Position numbers and translations under genes: made by a program
From: Promethearchaeota archaeon
Lineage (GTDB): Archaea; Asgardarchaeota; Lokiarchaeia; Sigyniarchaeales; SOKP01
Reading direction: 5' to 3'
Length of the DNA: 64,000 nt
Assembly (NCBI GenBank): GCA_030603385.1
Contig: JAUVXW010000009.1
Location: 1 to 64,000, forward strand
The notes under the pieces: generated by a model
Seen by the model: only the letters and a program-made list of their open reading frames with translations
What the model was told of the DNA's origin: nothing
The model's database searches: none
Shown: positions 50,476 to 61,239 of the stretch, piece by piece
How the letters are laid out: each line of letters opens with the position of its first letter
Position numbering within the stretch: position 1 is the stretch's first letter

Positions 50476-52626
50476 TTATCTTTTAATTGTGATTTTAATA
50501 TCAACGGCACTATAACCTTTAATAAATGCTAAAAGAGGATTAATATCAAGCTCAACTATTTCTGGAAAATCATTAACTAGCTGAGATAGTCTTAAAAGAA
50601 CATTAATTATCGCTTCAATATCAGATTGCGATTCTCCCCTAACACCTTGGAGTAGGTTGTAAATTTTTGTACCTTCTATCAATATTTTTGCATCTTCTTT
50701 AGTGAATTTATAAGCTAAAGCAAATGCTACATCTTGCATGAAATTAGCGTAGATTCCTCCAGTTCCAAACATTAGAAGAGGACCAAATTGAGGGTCTCTT
50801 GACATACCAATTATAATTTCATTTACTTTTGGCTCAGCTTTAAAGTCAATCATTTCTTGTACTTCCACACCGTAAATTTTAGCGTTTTGTGGACCAAATT
50901 TTTTAGCATTATTTACGATTTGAATGTAAGCTTCAAAGGCATCCTGTTCTGTTTCAATATTTAATAAAATTCCTCCCACATCAGTTTTATGAATAATATG
51001 CGGACTTACGATTTTCATTACAGATTTTCCTGTTTCAGACAGTAGTTTCATTGCTTGTTTGGGAGTTTGTGCTAACCTAGATGTAGGAGATTTTATGCCG
51101 TAGTAATCAAAAACTTCACTTGTCTCATAACTTAATAAAACTGTTCTTCCATCTTCTCTAACTTTAGAAAAAATTTCTTTTACCCTTTCTTTTTTTACCT
51201 CAAACGCAGGAATTACTAATTCATCTAAAGAAGTACTTCTTAAGTACTTACATCGTTTTACAAGTGTTTTCAATGAATGAGCTGCTCTATCTGGAAAATG
51301 GTAACACGGGATATGGTTTTTTTTTAAATACTCTCTCCCATCAAAAATATTTTTTCCTCCTATGAAGGAGCAGACTATTGGTTTTTCTTTTAAATGTTTA
51401 GATGAGATATCATGAATAATTCGAGCAACTTCAGAGGGATTAGTCTGAGCTTGAGGAGTTACGATGACTAACGCTCCTTCTGTAGTAATTTCATTAGATT
51501 CTACTTTTCCATTTAAACCAAAAATTGTTTTTATTGTAAATTCATATCTATCTGGCGCTGCATCTCCTACAATATCGATTGGATTAAAAATTGATGCTTC
51601 TAAAGGTAATTTTGCTCTTAATGCATGAAGAATTGACTCTGAAAAGCCAGCGAACTTTAAATTTTCTCGTTCAAATGCGTCTGTGGCAACAATTCCTGGA
51701 CCTCCCGCATTTGTTATTATCGCAAATGAATTGTTTTTTGGAACAGGTTGATATAGGAAAACCTCACCAAAGTCAAATAGATCTTCTATAGTTTTAGCTC
51801 GAATAACACCACATTTTTCAAACGTTAAATCGTAAGCAATATCCGCGCCTGCTAACGCACCCGTATGACTAGATGCAGCTCTAGCACCTGCTTCACTTAC
51901 ACCTGATTTTAAAATAACTATTGGTTTTTTTCGTGTAGCTTTTGGCAAAATTTCTAAAAATTTTTGTCCATCATTAATACTTTCTAAGTAACATAAAATA
52001 ACACTTGTATTATCATCTTCAGCTAAAAATTTAATGAAATCAACTGCTCCTAAGTCTGCCTTATTTCCTAGACTAATGTTGCAAGAGAATCCGAATGCTT
52101 GTGTCATTGAATAATCCATCATTCCTGTAAGCATGGCACCTGATTGAGAGATCATAGCAATTCCCCCTTTTTTAGGGGTTTCAGCTGCAAAAGAACCATT
52201 GTAATTAAGCCCAATAAATCCTAAACAATTTGGTCCTAAGATCCTCATGTTGTATTTTTTGCCGATTTTGATGAGTTGTTCTTCCCTTTCTACACCTTCT
52301 CCACCAATTTCTTTAAAACCTGCTGAGATAACAATTAAACCTTTTACTTTCTTTTTACCGCACTCTTCTGCTGCTTTATTTACAAACTTACCCGGAATAA
52401 CAAAAATCGCTACATCTATATTATCTTTCACATCTAAAATGCTCTTGAAACATGGGAGATCGCAAACAGTATCTGCCCTAGGATTTATAGGAAAAATTTT
52501 ACCTTTATATCCTGAGTTTATAATGTTATTTAAAACGGTATTTCCCACTTTACCTTTAGTAGAACTTGCCCCTATAACTGCAATACTCTTAGGATTGAAG
52601 AAGAATGAGATATCGTTAGTAGCCAT
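50476..52626 (-). CDS. acdAB: Acetate-CoA ligase (ADP-forming), fused alpha/beta
   Basis: SIAVIGAS, GPNCLG, SQSGA, ASSHTG (phospho-His), NAGGPG, HKTDVGG, DPQFGP, ELDINPL. Confidence 0.92.
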   Translation of the reverse strand: MATNDISFFFNPKSIAVIGASSTKGKVGNTVLNNIINSGYKGKIFPINPRADTVCDLPCFKSILDVKDNIDVAIFVIPGKFVNKAAEECGKKKVKGLIVISAGFKEIGGEGVEREEQLIKIGKKYNMRILGPNCLGFIGLNYNGSFAAETPKKGGIAMISQSGAMLTGMMDYSMTQAFGFSCNISLGNKADLGAVDFIKFLAEDDNTSVILCYLESINDGQKFLEILPKATRKKPIVILKSGVSEAGARAASSHTGALAGADIAYDLTFEKCGVIRAKTIEDLFDFGEVFLYQPVPKNNSFAIITNAGGPGIVATDAFERENLKFAGFSESILHALRAKLPLEASIFNPIDIVGDAAPDRYEFTIKTIFGLNGKVESNEITTEGALVIVTPQAQTNPSEVARIIHDISSKHLKEKPIVCSFIGGKNIFDGREYLKKNHIPCYHFPDRAAHSLKTLVKRCKYLRSTSLDELVIPAFEVKKERVKEIFSKVREDGRTVLLSYETSEVFDYYGIKSPTSRLAQTPKQAMKLLSETGKSVMKIVSPHIIHKTDVGGILLNIETEQDAFEAYIQIVNNAKKFGPQNAKIYGVEVQEMIDFKAEPKVNEIIIGMSRDPQFGPLLMFGTGGIYANFMQDVAFALAYKFTKEDAKILIEGTKIYNLLQGVRGESQSDIEAIINVLLRLSQLVNDFPEIVELDINPLLAFIKGYSAVDIKITIKR

Positions 52627-53044
52627 TTTTGTATCTAAGGTTACTTAATTTTAAAAAAGGTATATAAAAATCTATAATTGTAATTCCTTTTAAAATTTTC
52701 ATAGATTTACAATAAACATGTAAAAAGCTTATTTAAGAGAGAAAAAAAACCTAGAGGAATCTATTTTTAATAAATTTAAAAATAAAATTCGATTAATATC
52801 TTAATTATTTTTCTATTTGTTAGTGATAAATATTCTATTTGTTAAAAATCAAATCTAACAATACATTAGAGAACAAGAGATTTTTATTTTCCAAATCCCT
52901 AAAACAAAATAAATCCAATTTTTCAAATCCACTAAAGAAATAAAAAAGTTTTGAATTTACATTTCAAAATTAATAGATTTATTCTCGGACTCAAAGAAGT
53001 TCATCTTCGTTTACTAATTGCCGAGGAGCTAAGAAATAAACGTT

Positions 53045-54292
53045 CTATTTTCCTATAAGATAAAGAAGCCCATCTGCTATTGAACCTCGGAAACAAATAA
53101 AGTCATGCCCTCCAAGAAATTCCGTATAGTAAACGGGATATCCTTTTTCTTGTAACACTGTACAGAAATGACGGTTAGATATAAATATTCCTGAAGGACT
53201 AGCTTCCTCAAGTACTCCTACGTCAAGATAAAATTTTAAAGATAATCTTTCGCTTTGAGAGAATTGATGGGCGAATTCTTCTCCCTCCTTCCAATAAGAT
53301 CCTGATATAGATAGTACATTACCAAAGATCTCCGGATGTTTAAATGCTATAAATGCAGACATAACCCCTCCGGCACTGGCCCCAGCAATAACAGAATGAG
53401 ACGGATTTGTAGTGACATTGAAATTCTCACGAACCCAAGGTAATAATTCTTTAATGATATACTCCACAAATTTAGGATTAGGAGCTAATTCACTATTTCT
53501 TAAAGCTAAGTTGGTAGACAGGAAATTTTCTACCATAATAGCAACTACGGGAGGCATTTTATCATCCGCAATGAGATTATCAAGAGTAGAGGATACTTTA
53601 GCCACTTCTTCGGATATTATTCCATCAAATAATAGAACAAAATGAAAAGAAGAATGTTTTTTAGAATAATTTGGAGGGGTATAAACTAAGATTTTGCGTT
53701 TATTATTTAGTACTTCACTGTAGGATGTAAATTCTTCTACTTTACCATAATCAATATTAGCTCTTTTCCCATACCAAGGTTGGGGAGGAGCTTCAGGAGA
53801 TTCAGTTTCATTAAGTGGAAAACTAATTCCATTTATTTTATAAAAGTATTTTTTGGAGTTAAAAGGATCAGGGATAATCGAATCTGCATACTTAAACAAA
53901 TTTTCAGTGGGATTTTTTGGTTCTAGTGGAGTATTTTTACTAAAATTATAGGTTGCTCTTATGCCTTTAAGGAGCTTATATGATTTGAAATATATGTTTG
54001 TGTCTTTGATTCTTTCAAGTAAACATTCTTTTATATCTTCAGTCACAAACATATTCTGAAGATATAAACCGATATGACACACAATATTGTCTACTTCCTC
54101 ATCTTCCCTAAAAACAAAGGTAATGAGGTTATATTTATTATCTCCTTCAATATCTTCAAAGATAGGGGTTCCTATCCCTTCAATTTCTTTCCAGAACTTC
54201 GAAACTGCCTCTTTCTTATTTACTTTAATTTCATCTTGAAGCCTTGATATTTTAGGGCTTATTATCTTTGAACTATTACTTTTATTCGACAT
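53045..54292 (-). CDS. Enterochelin esterase (Fes)-like alpha/beta hydrolase
   Basis: GTPIFE...ITFVFR N-terminal domain, VYTPP.Y, LLFDG, GASAGG nucleophile elbow, GGHD. Confidence 0.87.
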   Translation of the reverse strand: MSNKSNSSKIISPKISRLQDEIKVNKKEAVSKFWKEIEGIGTPIFEDIEGDNKYNLITFVFREDEEVDNIVCHIGLYLQNMFVTEDIKECLLERIKDTNIYFKSYKLLKGIRATYNFSKNTPLEPKNPTENLFKYADSIIPDPFNSKKYFYKINGISFPLNETESPEAPPQPWYGKRANIDYGKVEEFTSYSEVLNNKRKILVYTPPNYSKKHSSFHFVLLFDGIISEEVAKVSSTLDNLIADDKMPPVVAIMVENFLSTNLALRNSELAPNPKFVEYIIKELLPWVRENFNVTTNPSHSVIAGASAGGVMSAFIAFKHPEIFGNVLSISGSYWKEGEEFAHQFSQSERLSLKFYLDVGVLEEASPSGIFISNRHFCTVLQEKGYPVYYTEFLGGHDFICFRGSIADGLLYLIGK

Positions 54293-54416
54293 GATTTTCC
54301 ATAATTTTTAAACTCTTTATTTAATTAAAAGGTTTCCTTAGATTTGGTATTTTGTAATTATAATCTCACGGAATTTATCAAAACATCAGCTATGCAATTT
54401 ATCTGGAGATAAAAAG

Positions 54417-54575
54417 ATGCTTTACCATCAATATTCTACATCGAATTTAAGAAATAACGAACAAAAAACAATTGATGGATTAATTTCGGATATTCTGAAT
54501 GAGGAAGATTTGACAGCATTAGTTGGGAAAGCAGAGAGAAACATAGATAAAAAGATGAATAAATCAAAAAAATAA
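54417..54575 (+). CDS. Small hypothetical protein (52 aa; not in the ORF track)
   Basis: GGAG SD; MLYHQYSTSNLRNNEQKTIDGLISDILNEEDLTALVGKAERNIDKKMNKSKK. Confidence 0.45.
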   Translation: MLYHQYSTSNLRNNEQKTIDGLISDILNEEDLTALVGKAERNIDKKMNKSKK

Positions 54576-54696
54576 GATTTAAACCAATTTTGGCTAGTTA
54601 AAATGATGGATATACAAATAAATTTATAAATATTTTAAATTTTATAATAATTGGATAAATTAGATTACTCCCATTTTCAAATTTGTCTCTAAGTTT

Positions 54697-54735
54697 GTGT
54701 TCCCTTCGTTTTTGAAGGGTAACACTCTTTTTTTT
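54697..54735 (+). terminator. Intrinsic-terminator-like hairpin with T-tract
   Basis: GTGTT-CCCTTC-N6-GAAGGG-T-AACAC followed by TCTTTTTTTT. Confidence 0.55.
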
Positions 54736-54988
54736 CTAATTTTAAAATTTTTAGAGATTATAAGTTTAGATGAAAAAAACAGCGTTAAAAAACTATAAAC
54801 AGAACAATTGAAAAATTTAAAATATTAATAAATATTCGAGTTAATTTGTCAAAATCATGTGTTAATATATGTTAAATGGCGAAATATTGTATTAGCGTTA
54901 AATTCCATCAACTTACATCAATAAATTTAAATAAAAATTAAAATTTATTTATTTGGATTAAAAACTAATAAAATTTAGAGGTTTTAAT

Positions 54989-55222
54989 ATGCCTATTGAA
55001 GAATACACTTTAATTCGTGTTAGCAAGTCAAATAAAGAAAAATTAGATGATTATAAATTAACCAAAGGTGAATCATATAATTCTGTACTTGACGAGTTAA
55101 TCGAATTTGGAGAGGAAAATAATTTTAAAAGTATTAGAATTCAAAATTTATCTAAAAACTTGGAGATTAAAGAAAATGGGAGAAATAAAATTAAACAAAA
55201 GGCGAGTACTCAAATCGGATAA
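54989..55222 (+). CDS. Ribbon-helix-helix / antitoxin-like small DNA-binding protein
   Basis: TLIRVSKSNKEKLDDYKL..GESYNSVLDELI pattern; GAGG SD. Confidence 0.7.
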   Translation: MPIEEYTLIRVSKSNKEKLDDYKLTKGESYNSVLDELIEFGEENNFKSIRIQNLSKNLEIKENGRNKIKQKASTQIG

Positions 55223-55349
55223 TTTAGTAGATAAATTCAAGCTCTATTTTTATCAAACTCATTTTAATAGCCCTATATATAAATTTTTATGTTATAAATC
55301 GAATTTTAATTATAAAATATTAAAAAAAAAGTTAAATATGATAAGAATT

Positions 55350-56156
55350 TTAAAGTGATGTCTTTTTCTGAAAGATCTTAATTCCTAAAAAGATAAATGT
55401 GGAAGTGAATGCTAATATGATTAGGATTCCGCTCCAAATGGGAAAGATAGAGGCTTCAGAAGTGGGTAGAATTATACTACCACTATACATTAAATCAGAG
55501 AAGGAATTTCCAATAACTGTCAATTGGAGATAGACTTGTTTGATCCAATACTGTGGAGTAAAAAACACACCCCCATTGTCCAAGGGGAAAAATGAGCCCG
55601 ATACAAACATTAAGGTCATGTGAGACAACATAGCAATTCCGTTTGCTCCTTCAGGAGAATTGAGAAAGCTCGCAATAATAAGACCCAATCCAATAGCTCC
55701 AATACCGAAAATCATAGCAATCAAGTATCCAAGTGGTAACATTGCGAGTTCAAAGTGAGCCCCTAAAATCCCATACCCAAATCCGAATACTAAAATAAGC
55801 TGAAGATTCATAAAAATGGTCTCAGATAATACAGCTCCCAAAAATACATTTCCACGACTTACAGGCATTGAATCTATACGCTCTAAGGTTCCATCTACTT
55901 TACTCATTGCGAACATAACTGCACTTGTAACTGAAGACATACCGATTGTATATACTACTATTCCAGGAAATTCTACGTCAAATGCGGTTAATCCATTTAT
56001 CATAGCATCTCCACCTTCTTCACTAAATGCTAACTTGTAAACAAGCAACATCATAATTGGAAATACAACAGTCCAAAACATCGAACCTAAGTTCTTAAGC
56101 TTTTCTTTTACATTCTTTTTGGTGATATACCATACTTTCAAATCAATTGAATACAT
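55350..56156 (-). CDS. ABC-2 type exporter permease
   Basis: 6 TM; PGI, GTLERI..MPV, SGSFFPL. Confidence 0.9.
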   Translation of the reverse strand: MYSIDLKVWYITKKNVKEKLKNLGSMFWTVVFPIMMLLVYKLAFSEEGGDAMINGLTAFDVEFPGIVVYTIGMSSVTSAVMFAMSKVDGTLERIDSMPVSRGNVFLGAVLSETIFMNLQLILVFGFGYGILGAHFELAMLPLGYLIAMIFGIGAIGLGLIIASFLNSPEGANGIAMLSHMTLMFVSGSFFPLDNGGVFFTPQYWIKQVYLQLTVIGNSFSDLMYSGSIILPTSEASIFPIWSGILIILAFTSTFIFLGIKIFQKKTSL

Positions 56157-57211
56157 TAATCACGTAACCCCCTACCAGTTAATTTTAAGAATATATCTTC
56201 AAGTGAATCTTCCCTAAAGTGTAAGGCTTTAAATGATTCTATCTCTCTTAGAATTTCTCGCTTAAAAGTCATAACTCCTCCAGTAAAGGAGATAATTAAC
56301 TTATTGTTATCCATTTCTGAGATTTTTTTCACATTGGTTATTCGTTCTAACTTACTTTTAGCTTGGATAAGTTCATCTCTTGAAGAAAAACTAAATTCAA
56401 GAATATTACCATTACTTGAACTACTTTTTAATTCTTCTAAGGTTCCAAAAGCAATGATTTTACCAAGATCCATAATCGCAATATGATCACTTAGTGCATC
56501 GGCCTCTAGCATATCATGAGTAGTAAGGATGATTGTCACTCCTGTATTTTTAAGGTCCTTGATAAAATCCCATACAAGTCGTCTTGCTTGAGGATCTAGA
56601 CCGGCGGTTGGTTCATCAAGAAATAGAATTTGTGGTTGATGAATAAGGCTCATTACAAGATTTAATCGTCGTTTCATTCCCCCAGAAAAAGTTTTAGCAG
56701 GCTTTTTTCTTCCTGCAATATTCATTTTCTCTAACAGAGTATTCGTCCGTTTTTTTATGTCAACAGGGTCCATTCCATGCATACGACCAACAAATTCTAC
56801 ATTATCCTCTGCTGTTAAGGCTTTAAAAATAACGTTTTCTTGAGGACATACACCAATAAGTGGTTTAATTTTATTTTTTTCTTTTATTAGACTATAATCT
56901 TTGATTCTTGCATCTCCATTCGTAGGTTTTAATACTGTGGTAAGCATTCTAATTGTTGTAGATTTCCCCGCTCCATTAGGACCTAAAAGTGAAAATAATT
57001 CACCTTTACGAATTTTAAGACTAATACCATCAACTGCTTTAATACCATTGAACGACTTTTCTAGATCTTGAACTTCGATGATAAATTCAGTTGAGTATTT
57101 ATTCTCATAGAATTGATTAGGATCTGAATATTTCATTTGTGCTTCTTCTTTTATTGATACATTCATATTTAAAATCAAAATTAGTTTGAATAAATTTCTT
57201 CCGTAGACCAA
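56156..57211 (-). CDS. ABC exporter ATP-binding protein (DrrA-like)
   Basis: GPNGAGKST, FSGGMKRR, LDEPTAGLDP, TTH. The true start is probably a downstream ATG. Confidence 0.93.
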   Translation of the reverse strand: MVYGRNLFKLILILNMNVSIKEEAQMKYSDPNQFYENKYSTEFIIEVQDLEKSFNGIKAVDGISLKIRKGELFSLLGPNGAGKSTTIRMLTTVLKPTNGDARIKDYSLIKEKNKIKPLIGVCPQENVIFKALTAEDNVEFVGRMHGMDPVDIKKRTNTLLEKMNIAGRKKPAKTFSGGMKRRLNLVMSLIHQPQILFLDEPTAGLDPQARRLVWDFIKDLKNTGVTIILTTHDMLEADALSDHIAIMDLGKIIAFGTLEELKSSSSNGNILEFSFSSRDELIQAKSKLERITNVKKISEMDNNKLIISFTGGVMTFKREILREIESFKALHFREDSLEDIFLKLTGRGLRD

Positions 57212-57293
57212 TTTTTGTTATAAACAAGCTAAAAAACCTACCAAAAATGGGTTAAAGCATAATGATTAAAAATTTTTGAATCTTTTTTGTAGT

Positions 57294-57773
57294 ATGACTA
57301 GAATTGTAATGATTACAAGTAAAGGGGAAATAAATCTTAACTTATTTGATGAAGATGCTCCAATGACTATTGCTAGTTTCTTATTTCTAGCAAAACAAGG
57401 TTATTATAATGGTCTAAAATTTCATCGAGTTATACCGGATTTTATGATACAAGGTGGATGCCCACTAGGTACTGGAACAGGCGGACCAAAACAAAAAGGT
57501 ATTGCATCATTTCCATTTGAAGGGAAAAACATAAATTACCCTTTTAATGATGAATTCCAATCAGGAAGAAAATTCGATAAACCGGGGTTATTAGCAATGG
57601 CGAATGCGGGGAAAAATACAAATGGGTCACAATTCTTTATCACACATGTCCCAACTCAACATCTTAATAATAACCACACTATTTTTGGAGAGGTTGTAGA
57701 TCCTATAGCTGATCAAGGAGTTGTAAACTCAATTGCTCAAGGAGATACAATAAAAGAAATCAGAATAATATAG
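57294..57773 (+). CDS. Cyclophilin-type peptidyl-prolyl isomerase
   Basis: FHRVIPDFMIQGG, LAMANAG.NTNGSQFFIT, HTIFG. Confidence 0.95.
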   Translation: MTRIVMITSKGEINLNLFDEDAPMTIASFLFLAKQGYYNGLKFHRVIPDFMIQGGCPLGTGTGGPKQKGIASFPFEGKNINYPFNDEFQSGRKFDKPGLLAMANAGKNTNGSQFFITHVPTQHLNNNHTIFGEVVDPIADQGVVNSIAQGDTIKEIRII

Positions 57774-57920
57774 ATATCGAGTTAAAGGATATCTTTTTAA
57801 TTTTTTTTAAAGTCCTTACATTCTTTTTGATATATATCTTAAATAGTAAACTAAAAGTTTATAGAGTTTATCAACATTAATATATTTGAAAAAACTAATT
57901 TTCTAATGAAATTAAACTGA

Positions 57921-59396
57921 TTGGATTCTGAAGTTATGAATAGAGATTTAAAGGATTTAATTAATACAGTTGAAAAAGAAACTAAATCACGATCAGAATT
58001 AGAAGCTACCATCAACTCTTTAAAGGAAGATATTAATCGTTTGAAATTTACAATAAAAGAACAACATTTATTGATCGAAGAACAGGGAGATCAAATTAGC
58101 TTCGCTCAAAGTGATTTACCAAGTGAATTTAATATTTTAAAGGAAATGATTACATCTCAAAGGAAAGATTTAATAAAAAGAGATGAAAATATCGATAAGC
58201 TAAATGATAAAATTGATATATTAGCATCTCAAATAGAAAAACCTAAAAATGGGACTTTTGAGATACAAAACGATGACTTATTAGAAGCTCAAGAACTGAT
58301 ACTGAAATTATCTGAAGAAAGTGAAGAATATAGAAATCAAATTGAAGATTTGAAAAATCAACTTGAATCTATAGAATCAGAAAAGGTTGATCTTGAAGAA
58401 ACTGACAAGGTACAAACAGAAGAAAACGAAGAAATAGTGAATATAAAGCGATTGAACTTTCAATTAATGGAACAAAATGGTTTATTACGTGTTGAAATAG
58501 AATCTTTAAAAGCAAAAATGCAAAAAAGAATCCAAGAAGCGAGATCAGAAGAATTGGAATTAGCTAACAGAAAAATTGAAGATTTAACTTCAGAAATAGA
58601 TTCTTTAAACGCCCAAATGCAGGAAAGAATCGAAAAAGTGAGTTCAGAAGAATTAGAATTAGCCAACAGAAAAATTGAGGCTTTAACCTCAGAAATAGAT
58701 TCTTTAAACGCTCAAATGCAGGAAAGAATCGAAAAAGTGAGTTCAGAAGAATTGGAATTAGCTAGCAGAAAAATTGAGGATTTAACCTCAGAAATAGAGG
58801 ATTATGATACCCAATTAAAGTTCTTACAAAGAGAACTAGAAAAACCAATTGAACCTGCAATAATTTCCACGGAGGATGCATTAGAATTTGCTGAGATGAA
58901 GGAACAATATGAAAATGTAAAATCTGAATTATTGAAATATCAAGAAGAAAATGAACTCCTAAATAATAAATTATCAGAATTAGAATCTCACAATATCGAA
59001 TTGATTGATATAGAAAGTTCTACTAATTCAATTGCTTATGATTTTCCAGAGCACTTCCAAATTTCTCTTTTTAAAAGAATGTATAAACTTTTAGATGATA
59101 ATAACAAAAAAGGTGTTATAAACACACTTATTAAAGATTTAAATAGCAAAAATAATGAAATTAAAAGAAGCGCTATAAAAATATTAAGCGAAATAAAAGA
59201 TAAAAAGGTTTATGATGCATTTTTAGAATTAATTCATGATGATGATTGGTTAATTAGATATAATCTTATTAAAGCTTTAAGTAAATTTGATTTTGAATCA
59301 GAAGAGTTTAAGGAATTATTGAAAAGGCTTTCAAAAGATGCAGATGTAGACGTTAGAGAGCTTGCTGTTAAAATGTTTAATGAGATTTCTAAATAA
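57921..59396 (+). CDS. Long coiled-coil protein with C-terminal HEAT repeats
   Basis: E/K/L-rich coiled coil; D.DWLIRY..IKAL and D.DVDVRE.A HEAT motifs. Confidence 0.8.
   Translation: MDSEVMNRDLKDLINTVEKETKSRSELEATINSLKEDINRLKFTIKEQHLLIEEQGDQISFAQSDLPSEFNILKEMITSQRKDLIKRDENIDKLNDKIDILASQIEKPKNGTFEIQNDDLLEAQELILKLSEESEEYRNQIEDLKNQLESIESEKVDLEETDKVQTEENEEIVNIKRLNFQLMEQNGLLRVEIESLKAKMQKRIQEARSEELELANRKIEDLTSEIDSLNAQMQERIEKVSSEELELANRKIEALTSEIDSLNAQMQERIEKVSSEELELASRKIEDLTSEIEDYDTQLKFLQRELEKPIEPAIISTEDALEFAEMKEQYENVKSELLKYQEENELLNNKLSELESHNIELIDIESSTNSIAYDFPEHFQISLFKRMYKLLDDNNKKGVINTLIKDLNSKNNEIKRSAIKILSEIKDKKVYDAFLELIHDDDWLIRYNLIKALSKFDFESEEFKELLKRLSKDADVDVRELAVKMFNEISK
58494..58798 (+). repeat. 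Intragenic 99-bp (33-aa) tandem repeat, about 3 copies
   Basis: TCAGAAGAATT.GAATTAGC begins at 58545, 58644 and 58743. Confidence 0.9.
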
Positions 59397-59419
59397 TATG
59401 AATTATTTGATTTATTACT

Positions 59420-60163
59420 TTAGGATATATAACTTTTTGTTCTCTTTCTAGATAGATGGTCAGCTAAATATAGCGGTTCTGGTTGCCGATGTCTTTTAGT
59501 TGTAATTAAACAAATTTTAAGAGCAATGTCAATAGTGGTTTTATAGCCTACACTTATGAAAACTGGCTTTGAACCATCATTTAAACAGATAACATATCCT
59601 AACAATTCGTTTGAAGAATCTTCATCAACATTTTCTGGATCTTTTGCCCATACTGGTGCTTTATTACCCTTAATTTTCTGAATTTCATTCTTATTAAAAT
59701 ATCCGATATAAGGATTTTTCGCAATGCCTATAGTAGGAATATTTAAAGCAAAGCCAAGATGAACTGCTTCTCCAAACCTCCTAGGATGAATCTTCCCATG
59801 ACCGTCACACATTATAAGGTCTGGGCTACTTGGAAGTTTTGCAATTGCTTTAAATAATAATTTGCATTCTCGGAATCCTAGAAAGCCTGATTTATATGGA
59901 AAACTGATGAGATCTTGAGCGAAATAATGTTTTTCTTCTTTATTCTGTTCTAGATTCCAGAGTACGGCACACGAGACTCCATTTTCTTTATTTTCGTCGT
60001 AAAAATAAGAAATATCTACTCCAGCAATAGTCTTTATTGGCTTAATGTCGCTAATATACTCCTCTTTTCTTATACTCTTAATTTTGTTTTGATATTTAAT
60101 TTGAATTAATTCTGCTTGCTCAAATGAGTAGTTATTTCTTAATAATTCTTCTTTAAATATCAT
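59420..60163 (-). CDS. nfi: Endonuclease V
   Basis: AGVDISY, FPY.SGFLGFRE, CDGHG.IHPRRFG.A, IGIAK, KPVFISVG, PEP..LAD. Confidence 0.92.
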   Translation of the reverse strand: MIFKEELLRNNYSFEQAELIQIKYQNKIKSIRKEEYISDIKPIKTIAGVDISYFYDENKENGVSCAVLWNLEQNKEEKHYFAQDLISFPYKSGFLGFRECKLLFKAIAKLPSSPDLIMCDGHGKIHPRRFGEAVHLGFALNIPTIGIAKNPYIGYFNKNEIQKIKGNKAPVWAKDPENVDEDSSNELLGYVICLNDGSKPVFISVGYKTTIDIALKICLITTKRHRQPEPLYLADHLSRKRTKSYIS

Positions 60164-61232
60164 TCAAGTTAATAACTTTATTAGTATTTGAGGATTTATA
60201 GATTCCAAAAATTGTTTTCATGGTATTTAAGTTGTCTTTCCCACTACTAAAGGGTTCTTTATCATTTTGACAACTATCAACAAAATGAATAATTTCGTTG
60301 ATAAATGGATCATTACCTACTAATGTATTAGAAATTGGTTTTATTGGAATAAATTCTCCTTTCTGAGAAGTTCTTCCATCGTTATCTAATTTTCTAGATG
60401 ATATTACAGCACTACCGATTTGATAATGAGCTTTATTTAATGGAGGAGGATTTGAATAAATAGTTCCAGAATCACCATAGATCAGGTATTTTATATTCCA
60501 AGGAGTTCTTCCAATAGAAAAACTAGCGAAGATGTTTCCAATTGCGCCTGATTTGAATTCTAATGTAGCACTCGAGAAATCTTCAGCACCATTAATGAAT
60601 AATGGGTTCATAGTTTTACAGATACCACTTACCTTTTTCACATCCCCAAGAAAATATCTTAAAAGATCTATTAAATGTATTGAGAGAGTAATTAAAACAC
60701 CTCCACCAGCACGATTGCCATCAAACATCCAATGATCGTGAGGTAATATCAATGATTGCTTAAGAATAGAATTTCCTTGAGCAGCGCGAATTGAACCAAG
60801 TTCTTCATTTTGTATGAGACTTAATACTCCTTGAGATGATGGTAGATATCGAAGAACTTGTGCGATCATAAAATTAACACCAGCTTTTTCAGTTGCTTTA
60901 ACCATATCTCGGCAATCCTGCAATGTACAAGCCATTGGTTTCTCAAGTAATATATGTTTTCCTGCTTCAGCTGCGATAATGGTTTGAAATTTATGTTGAT
61001 CATGGATAGTACATATATCAACGGCATCAATATCTTCTTCTTTTAGCATTTTCTCAAAATCATTGTAAATAGCACTAATTTTTGCGGTTTTAGCAAATAA
61101 TTTTACTGCTTCTTGTCGGATATCACAAACAGCAGTTAATTGAACCTTATCAGGGAATTTAAGATAAGCGGGTAAATGGGCATATGCCATTGCTCCAGCT
61201 CCTATCAACCCTACTTTGATAGGTTTTGAAAT
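60153..61232 (-). CDS. Gfo/Idh/MocA oxidoreductase
   Basis: The Rossmann strand KPIKVGLIGAG lies upstream of the TTG at 61208, reached from ATT 61232 (7 nt after GGTGA); EKPMA, GGG.L....IH..D. Confidence 0.88.
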   Translation of the reverse strand: MSKPIKVGLIGAGAMAYAHLPAYLKFPDKVQLTAVCDIRQEAVKLFAKTAKISAIYNDFEKMLKEEDIDAVDICTIHDQHKFQTIIAAEAGKHILLEKPMACTLQDCRDMVKATEKAGVNFMIAQVLRYLPSSQGVLSLIQNEELGSIRAAQGNSILKQSLILPHDHWMFDGNRAGGGVLITLSIHLIDLLRYFLGDVKKVSGICKTMNPLFINGAEDFSSATLEFKSGAIGNIFASFSIGRTPWNIKYLIYGDSGTIYSNPPPLNKAHYQIGSAVISSRKLDNDGRTSQKGEFIPIKPISNTLVGNDPFINEIIHFVDSCQNDKEPFSSGKDNLNTMKTIFGIYKSSNTNKVINLNDI

Positions 61233-61239
61233 AGTAATG

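Noticed and set aside
55107-55358. 83-aa ORF overlapping the RHH gene, considered as a cognate toxin
   Set aside because: Low-complexity K/F/Y/N sequence from AT-rich DNA, large overlap, and no PIN, RelE or other toxin motif.
57488-57545. Extra ~14-aa loop in the cyclophilin, considered as a second intron
   Set aside because: Open and in frame, no convincing BHB geometry, and loop insertions are common in cyclophilins.
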